Source: Thermoanaerobaculia bacterium (lineage in GTDB: Bacteria; Acidobacteriota; Thermoanaerobaculia; Multivoradales; UBA5704). From it: a DNA stretch of 64,000 nucleotides. The notes below the pieces were generated by a model. The model did not search any database and was not told the DNA's origin. It was given only the letters and a program-made list of their open reading frames with translations. Below are positions 50,585 to 58,135 of this stretch, piece after piece (the stretch's first letter is position 1; each line of letters begins with the position of its first letter). The DNA is taken from contig JBGAGQ010000007.1 in NCBI GenBank assembly GCA_044226625.1, positions 32,001-96,000 of the forward strand. The letters are read 5' to 3'. Made by a program: the position numbers and the translations under genes.

Positions 50585-51076
50585 TCAATCCGCACGCTCG
50601 GCCGCGAGCAGCTCGGCCAGGCGGTCGTAGCTCGCCGCGACGCCGTCTTCCATCGGCGCGGCGAGGACCGCGTCGCGCGACTCTTTCGAGGCATACAAAA
50701 TCGACAGGCGGAGCGTCGTCCGTCCGTTCTCCTCGGTCAGCGTCGTCGTGTTGAGCGCCTCGCCGGGATACCAGGGGTCGTCGAAAATCTCGGTCTGAAC
50801 GATCCGCTCCGGAGACACGATCTCCCGAAACACGCCCCCCATCCCCATCTCCGTCCCTTGCGCGTTGCGCCAGACGTACCGGTACGCTCCGCCGATCCGC
50901 AAATCGATCTCGCATACGGGCATCGTCCAGCCCTCCGGCCCGAGAAGCCATCTCCGGATCAGTTCGGGACGGGTCATCGCCTCGAACACCAGCTGGCGCG
51001 GCGCCTCGAAGAGGCGGGACATCGAGATCTCTCGATCGGAAGGGGTGGAGACGGTCAGTTGGCCGACGTTTCTCAT
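50585..51076 (-). CDS. SRPBCC/AHSA1-like protein
   Basis: SRLFEAPRQLVFEA, DLRIGGAYRYVW, SYDRLAELL. ATGA overlap with the ArsR gene. Confidence 0.9.
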   Translation of the reverse strand: MRNVGQLTVSTPSDREISMSRLFEAPRQLVFEAMTRPELIRRWLLGPEGWTMPVCEIDLRIGGAYRYVWRNAQGTEMGMGGVFREIVSPERIVQTEIFDDPWYPGEALNTTTLTEENGRTTLRLSILYASKESRDAVLAAPMEDGVAASYDRLAELLAAERAD

Positions 51077-51450
51077 GATTTCTCTCCTGGGGTCTGGGTC
51101 TGCGCGGTCTTCATCTCGTCCAGCAGGGCTTCGAGACGCTCGAAACGCACCTGCCAGAAACGGCGGTAGCCCTCGAGCCACTCGCTCGCCGCGGCGAGCG
51201 GTGCAGCCTCGAGCTGGCAAGGCCGGCGCTGCGCGTCCTTGCCGCGGGAGATCAGGCCGGCGCGCTCGAGCACCTTCAAGTGCTTGGAGATCGCCGGCTG
51301 GCTCATCTCGAACGGCTCGGCAAGCTCCGAAACCGAGGCGGCGCCGGAGGCGAGGCGGGCAAGAATCGCCCGCCGGGTCGGGTCCGCCAGCGCGGCGAAC
51401 GTCGCGTCGAGCGCGTCGGGTGCCAGGCTTCCATAACTGATGGGTTCCAT
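51073..51450 (-). CDS. ArsR/SmtB-family regulator
   Basis: FAALADPTRRAIL, SQPAISKHLKVLERAGLI; the ArsR-SRPBCC pair is common. Confidence 0.93.
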   Translation of the reverse strand: MEPISYGSLAPDALDATFAALADPTRRAILARLASGAASVSELAEPFEMSQPAISKHLKVLERAGLISRGKDAQRRPCQLEAAPLAAASEWLEGYRRFWQVRFERLEALLDEMKTAQTQTPGEKS

Positions 51451-51538
51451 AACCAGCAGGTTATGATTGAGGCGGAGGCGCCGTCAACCCCCGAATGCGG
51501 CCAGAAATCCGGCCCGCACGGCTAGAATGGCGCCCTCG

Positions 51539-51904
51539 ATGCGCCCCGGTCTCCTCACCCGCCTACTCTTCGTCTCGTACTGCCTGGAAGCGGGGATGTT
51601 CTTGGTCATGGTTCCTTGGAGCCCGGCCTGGGATCGGACCGCGATCCAGATCCCGATTCCCTTCCTCGCCGCGATCTTCCACACCACGTTCGCGCGCGCG
51701 GCGCTTTCCGGCTTCGGGATGGTCCACCTGATCTGGGGGGTCCACGATCTGAACGACCTCTGGCCTCGCCCGCGGCGCGAAGTTCCCGCGGCGGCGTCCG
51801 TGGCTTCCGAGGTCTCCGGAACCTCCGACGCTCCCTCCGCCGGGCACCGTGCCGCCGAGCCCGAGACCCCCGGTGCCCCCGGTGCAGCAACCCCCGGGAT
51901 TTGA
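51539..51904 (+). CDS. Small membrane protein
   Basis: Hydrophobic LLFVSYCLEAGMFLVMVPWS and RAALSGFGMVHL segments. Start 51527 or 51539. Confidence 0.6.
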   Translation: MRPGLLTRLLFVSYCLEAGMFLVMVPWSPAWDRTAIQIPIPFLAAIFHTTFARAALSGFGMVHLIWGVHDLNDLWPRPRREVPAAASVASEVSGTSDAPSAGHRAAEPETPGAPGAATPGI

Positions 51905-52556
51905 CCTCCTGGCGATCAGCGACCGACGGCTCGTGCCCGGCGGCGCGCTCGAGCCCTGGCTCGCGAGCCTCGGGGCGGCCGGTGTCGGGGGGGTGCAAAT
52001 CCGCGAGAAGGATCTCTCGGATCGCGATCTCCACGCGCTCGCGGTCGCCGCGCGGCGCCTTCTCCCCCCGGAGACCACCCTCCTGGTGAACGGCCGCGCG
52101 GACCTGGCGATCGCCGTCGCAAACTTCCCCCCGGACGACGGGTCCGACACCGGCATCCGACCGAGGGTAGGGGTTCACCTGCCGGCGGCCGGCCTGCCGA
52201 TCGCGCCGCTGCGCGCCCGATTCGGCTCCCGGCTCCTGATCGGGAGCTCGACCCATTCGATCGCCGAGGTGGCAAGCGCGCGCGACGCGGGGGCCGACTT
52301 CGCCACCTTCGGCCCGGTATACCCCACGCCGAGTAAGGCGGCGTACGGCGACCCGGTCGGCCTGCCGGCCCTCGAACGGGCCGCCGCCCTCGGCCTCCCC
52401 CTGTACGCCCTCGGCGGCGTTACACTAGAGCGTCTGCCTGAGCTGGCGCGGGCGGGCGCCGCCGGGGCCGCCGGGATCCGCATCTTCCTCGAGCCCGGGG
52501 CGCTGCCGGACCTCGTCGCGGCCGGCCGCCGGCACTTCGCTTCCCGCCGCACATGA
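51849..52556 (+). CDS. thiE: Thiamine-phosphate synthase (ThiE/TenI family)
   Basis: VQIREKDL, LVNGRAD, GVHL, STHS, GPVYPTPSK, ALGGV. Confidence 0.82.
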   Translation: MPPSPRPPVPPVQQPPGFDLLAISDRRLVPGGALEPWLASLGAAGVGGVQIREKDLSDRDLHALAVAARRLLPPETTLLVNGRADLAIAVANFPPDDGSDTGIRPRVGVHLPAAGLPIAPLRARFGSRLLIGSSTHSIAEVASARDAGADFATFGPVYPTPSKAAYGDPVGLPALERAAALGLPLYALGGVTLERLPELARAGAAGAAGIRIFLEPGALPDLVAAGRRHFASRRT

Positions 52557-52617
52557 CCGACATCTCCACGAGGCTCCCAGCTTGAACCGCGACGTAGACG
52601 AAATCGAGGCGCGAGCG

Positions 52618-53136
52618 ATGCCGAGATCTCCACGGAAGCTCGGCTTCCTCCTCCTCTCGCTCGCCATCCTGGTCTTCGACCAGTGGACGAAATGGCTGAT
52701 CGAGCTCCACCTTCCGCTCCACGCGTCGGAATCGATCATCCGCGGACTCGCGAACTTCACCCACGTGCGAAACACCGGCGTCGCGTTCGGGCTGTTCGCC
52801 GCGCAAGGGGTCGCGAGCGGCAGTTGGCTGCTCACCGCCCTCGGACTCGGCGCGCTCACGGCGGTCTGCATCTATTTCTGGCGCACGCCGACCAAGGACC
52901 GGACCCTGCTCACCGCGCTCGCCCTGGTGGTCGGCGGCGCGCTCGGCAATCTGCTGGACCGCGCGGCGACCGGCGCCGTGACCGACTTCGTCGATCTGTT
53001 CGTCGGGCTGCATCATTGGCCGGCGTTCAACGTGGCCGACGCCGCGATCTCGATCGGCATCGTCCTGATGGCGATCGACAGCCTGAAGCGCCGCCACCCG
53101 AGCCCGGAGCCGGCGGAACCCGCGGCGACGGCCTAG
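52618..53136 (+). CDS. lspA: Lipoprotein signal peptidase
   Basis: DQWTK, NTGVAFG, GALGNLLDR, VTDF, FNVAD. Confidence 0.96.
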   Translation: MPRSPRKLGFLLLSLAILVFDQWTKWLIELHLPLHASESIIRGLANFTHVRNTGVAFGLFAAQGVASGSWLLTALGLGALTAVCIYFWRTPTKDRTLLTALALVVGGALGNLLDRAATGAVTDFVDLFVGLHHWPAFNVADAAISIGIVLMAIDSLKRRHPSPEPAEPAATA

Positions 53137-54120
53137 ATGGGACACCCCGCGCCCACCAGCTGGGTGGTCGCTCCGCCGTCGCCGGGCGAGCCGGCGCCTC
53201 CCCACGATCGAATCGACCGCCACGTCGCGCACCACCTGGACATCCCGCGCAACCAGGTTCAGCGCTGGCTGCGCGAGGGGAGGGTCACGAAGAACGGCAA
53301 GGCGGTTTCAGGATCCGAGCCGGTGCTCGCCGGAGACCGAATCTCCTGCGATCCCCCTGCTCCGGCGGACGATCGCATCGAGGCGGAGCACGGCGATCTC
53401 TCCTTGCTCTACGAGGATGCGGACCTGCTCGTGTTGGACAAACCCGCGGGGCTCGCCGTCCATCCGGGAGCCGGCCGGGCGACCGGAACGCTCGCCCACT
53501 TCCTGCTCGGGCACGACGCGGGCATCGCCGGGGTGGGTGGACCGGGGCGGCCGGGGATCGTCCACCGCCTCGACCTCGGCACGAGCGGCGCGCTGGTCGT
53601 GGCGAAGACCCCCGAGGCCTACCGGGCGCTCTCCGAGGCGTTCGCCACCCGCGCGGTCGAGAAGCGCTATCTCGCGATCGTCCATGGCGCGCCGAAACCG
53701 CCCGAAGGAACGATCGAAGCTCCGATCGGCCGCCATCCGACCCAACGCCAGGAGATGGCCGTGGTATCGCGAGGCCGGCCGGCGCGCACCGACTACCGTA
53801 CCGTCGCCGCGTCCGCGGGGCTCGCGCTGCTCGCGCTCCATCTCCACACGGGACGGACCCACCAGATCCGCGTCCACGCCAAGCATCTGGGACATCCGTT
53901 GGTGGGGGATCCGGTCTACGGTGAGGCGCGTTGGAAGAACCTCGAAAAACGTCGTCAGGCCGTCGTCCGCGATTTCGGCCGCCCCGCTCTCCACGCTTGG
54001 CGACTGGCGTTCGCCCACCCCACCACCGGGGCGCCGCTCGCTTTCGAAGCGCCGGTCCCCGTGGATCTCCGAACCCTCTGGTCGGAGGCGACGGGCTCCC
54101 CCTGGCCCTTGCCTTCCTGA
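53137..54120 (+). CDS. rluD: RluA/RluD-family pseudouridine synthase
   Basis: S4 domain, KPAGLAVHP, HRLD, GRTHQIRVH, GDPVYG, ALHA. Confidence 0.9.
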   Translation: MGHPAPTSWVVAPPSPGEPAPPHDRIDRHVAHHLDIPRNQVQRWLREGRVTKNGKAVSGSEPVLAGDRISCDPPAPADDRIEAEHGDLSLLYEDADLLVLDKPAGLAVHPGAGRATGTLAHFLLGHDAGIAGVGGPGRPGIVHRLDLGTSGALVVAKTPEAYRALSEAFATRAVEKRYLAIVHGAPKPPEGTIEAPIGRHPTQRQEMAVVSRGRPARTDYRTVAASAGLALLALHLHTGRTHQIRVHAKHLGHPLVGDPVYGEARWKNLEKRRQAVVRDFGRPALHAWRLAFAHPTTGAPLAFEAPVPVDLRTLWSEATGSPWPLPS

Positions 54121-54131
54121 GGAACGAGGAA

Positions 54132-55118
54132 TCAGACCGCGGCGACCGCGAGGTCGGCGCTCTCGTCGGCCGAACCGTCGGCGGGGTTTGCGGACGGGGC
54201 GGCGAGGTACTCCTCGATCATCGCGCCCAGATCGGAGCCTCCCGTGCGCGAGACCGCCTGCTCGACCAGCTCCCCGGCGAAACCGGCGAGCTCAGCGATC
54301 ACGCCGAGGTGCCCTTCGCGGGTGAGGGAGGCGAGGTCGTAGCGCGTCGCATCCACCCATCGGGACGCACGGAAGAGCGCCTGACCGGCCTCCGACGGCC
54401 GGCCGAGGCGGAGCCAGACCTCGCCGGCTATGCCGAGGAGCCCGGCGATGCGGCGGTTTTCACGCAGCTGGATCGGCGGCAGCGGGAGGGGCCGAGGGAC
54501 GAAGGGGGTGAAACCGAAACGAGCGAGCGAACGGGCGAAATCGCGTTCTTTCGGCGCCTCGCGGTGGAACAACGCCTCGAACGCGTCATCGCGGGCGAGC
54601 CGGCGACGCTCGGAGGGGGAAAGCTGGGGCGCCACGCCGTGGACGAAGGTCACCTCCTGGTCGGCCATTCGTTCGCCGATCAGGCTCCAGACTTCCGGAT
54701 CGTCGGTGAGGCCGGCGAGCAACGGGAAGGCGAGCCCGGCTCCGGCCGGCATTCGGTCGAGTAGCGAGAGATCCCCCGCGAGCACCGCGGGCAGCGCGTC
54801 GACCACGAGGGTCGCGCCCGGGACCGCGGCGCTCTCCCGAGGCAGAAGCTGGAGCAGGACCGGGGTGCCGCGCGACAGGTGGTCGCGAGCGAGCGCGTCG
54901 CGCGCCGCGGCCAGGCGCGGCGGAACCGGCGGCAGGTAGACGACGTCGTCGAGCGGCTGGCCGGTCAGGGAGGAAAAATCGCTCCCCTCCCCCGCCTCGC
55001 CGAGCTTGCCGCGCGAGAGGTCGAGCCAGGGCTCGTTCGCTCCCGGCCAGTCGCGAGGCGCGAACCGGACCCAGAAACGCGCGGGCTCCGGCCGCGTCGC
55101 CGCCCAGCGCAGGCTCAC
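54132..55118 (-). CDS. Hypothetical protein translationally coupled to riboflavin synthase
   Basis: GTG start overlaps the ribE stop (GTGA); protein-like composition. Confidence 0.7.
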   Translation of the reverse strand: MSLRWAATRPEPARFWVRFAPRDWPGANEPWLDLSRGKLGEAGEGSDFSSLTGQPLDDVVYLPPVPPRLAAARDALARDHLSRGTPVLLQLLPRESAAVPGATLVVDALPAVLAGDLSLLDRMPAGAGLAFPLLAGLTDDPEVWSLIGERMADQEVTFVHGVAPQLSPSERRRLARDDAFEALFHREAPKERDFARSLARFGFTPFVPRPLPLPPIQLRENRRIAGLLGIAGEVWLRLGRPSEAGQALFRASRWVDATRYDLASLTREGHLGVIAELAGFAGELVEQAVSRTGGSDLGAMIEEYLAAPSANPADGSADESADLAVAAV

Positions 55119-55795
55119 GCCCACACCCCCGCGAGCGATCCGACCCCTTCGGAGGCCGGCTCGCCCAGCCGCGCGACGAGCGCCCGTTCCACGTATTTGG
55201 CCAGGACGTCTACCTCGAGATGGACCCGATCGCCCGGGACGAGGCGCTCGAGGGTCGTCACCGCGAGCGTATGCGGCACGAGCGCCACTTCGAATCGATC
55301 CGCCGTGAGGGAGGAGACCGTGAGGCTCACACCGTCCACCGTGATCGAGCCCTTTTCCGCCAGATAGCGAGCGAGCGCCGGGGGCGCCGCGAACGCGAGG
55401 ACGCGAAACCCTTCCTGCTCGCGCCGGTCGACGACCGTGGTGGTACCGTCGACGTGCCCCTGCACCCAGTGGCCGCCGAGCGGATCGCCGACCCGCAGCG
55501 CCGGCTCCAGGTTGACCGTCGCGCCCGCCTTGAGGTCGCCCAGAGCGGTCCGGTCGAGCGTCTCCCGCGAGAGCTCGAACCGCGCCCGCCACGGAAGGGA
55601 CTCGACCGAGCTCGGCTCGAAGGCGACCACGGTCAGACAGACGCCGGAGACGGCGAGGCTCGCCCCGAGCGGGGGCGAAGGGAGCCGGCTCGAGACCTCG
55701 GCCGGAACGTCCACCGCGAGACGGCAGCCCCCGCCCGGCATCGGTTCCGGATCCGAGGGCAAGCGCCCGGTGCCGAGGATCAGCCCGCTGAACAT
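55115..55795 (-). CDS. ribE: Riboflavin synthase (alpha chain; ribC in E. coli naming)
   Basis: MFSGLI, GVCLTV, VNLE..L..GDPLGGHWVQGHVD, KGSITVDGVSLTV. Confidence 0.95.
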   Translation of the reverse strand: MFSGLILGTGRLPSDPEPMPGGGCRLAVDVPAEVSSRLPSPPLGASLAVSGVCLTVVAFEPSSVESLPWRARFELSRETLDRTALGDLKAGATVNLEPALRVGDPLGGHWVQGHVDGTTTVVDRREQEGFRVLAFAAPPALARYLAEKGSITVDGVSLTVSSLTADRFEVALVPHTLAVTTLERLVPGDRVHLEVDVLAKYVERALVARLGEPASEGVGSLAGVWA

Positions 55796-55883
55796 CGGCG
55801 TTTCGCCCTCCCGGCCTTTCGGTTCGATACGACTTTCTTCACCTTTCGAATCGTACCAGAGCGTCGAACGAACGAAACGTTTT

Positions 55884-57005
55884 TCAGAGCGCGCGAAGCA
55901 GCTCGGATAGGGCTCCGGCGCGCACGCCGGAGAGGATCACGTCCGCTCCGCGCCGTTTGACCTCGATCGATTCGAGTCCCGGAGCCTCGACGAGCCGCGC
56001 GAAACCGGCTCCTCCCACGGGCGTCGGCGCGGAGCGCCCACCGATCACCCGAGGCGCGAGATCGACGTGCACCGCGTCGTAGAGACCCGAAGAGACGAAG
56101 CTCGCGTGGACTTCTCCGCCCCCCTCGACGAGGACGCTTCGCACGCCGCGCTCGAACAACGAGGCGAGGATCGCCGCAGGCTCGACCTTCGCCAAGCGCA
56201 CCACGTCCGCGCCGGCCAAGGTCAGCTCGAGCGCCGCCTCCACGTCGTCCGATTCGGTGAAGATCACGATCGGACCGTCGCTCTCGAACATCCGCGCCTT
56301 CCCCGGTGTCCGCAGCCGCCGGTCGAGCACGACGCGAAGGTTGGCTCCCCGGGACCGTCCCAGCCGCCGGTCGAGCCGCGGATCGTCCGCCAGCACCGTG
56401 CCCACCCCGACGAGGATCGCATCGTGCTCTTCGCGGAGAAGAAGGGCGGTTTCGCGCGCCCGGACCGAGGAGATCCAGCGGCTCTCACCTGCGACGGTCG
56501 CGATCTTGCCGTCCAGGCTCATCGCCCATTTGAGCGTCACCGCGGGCCGGCCGAGCACCTGCGAGACGAAGAAGGGCAGGTTGATCCGCACCGCCTCGCG
56601 GGCGAGGGCACCGACCTCCACCGCGACCCCCGCCGCGCGCAATCGGGCGAACCCCTGCCCGGCGACCTGGGGGTTCGGATCGCCCACGGACGCGACCACG
56701 CGGGAGACGCCGGCGGCGATGACCGCGTCGGCGCAGGGCGGCGTACGGCCGAAATGCGAGCAAGGCTCGAGCGTCACGTAAAGCGTGGCACCCTCCGCGG
56801 CGCCCGGGGCCGAGGCCGCGGCGGCGAGCAGGGCCTCGACTTCCGCGTGAGGCCCCCCGACTTCTTGGTGCCATCCCTCGGCGACGACCGCACCGTCGCG
56901 TACTAGGACGGCACCCACCCGGGGGTTGGGCGCCGTGCGATACCGGCCGAGACTCGCGAGCCGAAGCGCGCGTCGAAGGTGTTTGAGATCGGTGCGGTCG
57001 GCCAA
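55884..57005 (-). CDS. ribD: Riboflavin biosynthesis deaminase/reductase
   Basis: PNPRVG, HAE, LEPCSHFGRTPPC, SLDGKIA, VEGG. Confidence 0.96.
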   Translation of the reverse strand: MADRTDLKHLRRALRLASLGRYRTAPNPRVGAVLVRDGAVVAEGWHQEVGGPHAEVEALLAAAASAPGAAEGATLYVTLEPCSHFGRTPPCADAVIAAGVSRVVASVGDPNPQVAGQGFARLRAAGVAVEVGALAREAVRINLPFFVSQVLGRPAVTLKWAMSLDGKIATVAGESRWISSVRARETALLLREEHDAILVGVGTVLADDPRLDRRLGRSRGANLRVVLDRRLRTPGKARMFESDGPIVIFTESDDVEAALELTLAGADVVRLAKVEPAAILASLFERGVRSVLVEGGGEVHASFVSSGLYDAVHVDLAPRVIGGRSAPTPVGGAGFARLVEAPGLESIEVKRRGADVILSGVRAGALSELLRAL

Positions 57006-57033
57006 GCTCGATCCACCGGGTGAGTCGGTCGCC

Positions 57034-58011
57034 CTAGCCCAGCAGAGCGCTCGCGAACGCTCGCGGCTCGAAATCGACCAGGTCGTCCGCCTTTTCGCCC
57101 ACTCCCAAGAACAGGACCGGCAGCTTGAGCTCGCGCGCGATCGCGACCGCCATGCCCCCTTTGGCCGTGCCGTCGAGCTTGGCGAGCAGGACGCCGTCGA
57201 CCGGTACGACCTGGGAGAACGTCCGCGCCTGGGCGAGCGCGTTCTGGCCGGTCGTGGCGTCGAGCACCAGGATCGTCTCGCGCGGCCAGCCGGCGGCTTC
57301 GCGGTCGATCACCCGGTTCACCTTCGACAGCTCGGCCATCAGGTGGTCCTTGGTGTGGAGGCGCCCGGCGGTGTCGACGATCAGCCGGGTCACCCCTCGG
57401 GCGCGGGCCGCCTGGATCGCGTCGAAGACCACGGCGGCCGGGTCGGCCCCGGTCGCCTGCCGGATCACGTCGACCTCCAGGCGCTCCCCCCAGAGGGCGA
57501 GCTGCTCGATCGCCGCGGCGCGGAACGTGTCGGCCGCCGCGAGCAGCACGCGCTCCCCCTGATCCTTCGAGCGGCGCGCGAGCTTCGCGATCGAGGTGGT
57601 CTTGCCGACGCCGTTGACCCCGACGACCAGGGTCACCCTAGGTCCGTCGCCGAGCGGCTTCTTCTTCGGCGCCTGCTCGAGCAGGAGCGCGACCTCGTTC
57701 GAGAGCCGGGCGCGAAGCGCCTGCGGATCCGCCGTCTCGCTACTCTTGCGCAGCTTTTCGACCAGATCGAGGGCGGTCTCCACCCCGAGGTCCGCGGAGA
57801 TCAACGCTTCTTCCAGATAGTCGAGCGTCGTCGCGTCGAGCACCGCGCGGCCGGCGACGGCGGCGCCCACCCGCTCGATGATCTCGGTATGGGTCATCAA
57901 CAGCCCGCGCTTGAGCTTGGTCCAGAATCCCGCCTTCTTCGCCGCGTCGGGATCGGGGACCTGCGCCTCGGGCGCGAGCGCGAGGTCGATCGGAGGCTTC
58001 GTTTCCTTCAT
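57034..58011 (-). CDS. ftsY: Signal recognition particle receptor FtsY
   Basis: GVNGVGKTT, DTFRAAA, DTAGR, KLDGTAKGG. Start placed at ATG 58011. Confidence 0.97.
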   Translation of the reverse strand: MKETKPPIDLALAPEAQVPDPDAAKKAGFWTKLKRGLLMTHTEIIERVGAAVAGRAVLDATTLDYLEEALISADLGVETALDLVEKLRKSSETADPQALRARLSNEVALLLEQAPKKKPLGDGPRVTLVVGVNGVGKTTSIAKLARRSKDQGERVLLAAADTFRAAAIEQLALWGERLEVDVIRQATGADPAAVVFDAIQAARARGVTRLIVDTAGRLHTKDHLMAELSKVNRVIDREAAGWPRETILVLDATTGQNALAQARTFSQVVPVDGVLLAKLDGTAKGGMAVAIARELKLPVLFLGVGEKADDLVDFEPRAFASALLG

Positions 58012-58135
58012 CTTCCGGATGATATCCGATGGGGGCCGCTCGCCTGGGCCGCACGACACTCCGAGCGGTTCGGATCCGGCCGGGATCACCCTGGCCGCCC
58101 TTCTCTCGGGTAAGGTAGGGAAAACCCAGTCCGGG

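Noticed and set aside
55796-57033. FMN riboswitch near the rib genes
   Set aside because: The gaps (88 bp and 28 bp) are too short and show no RFN consensus.
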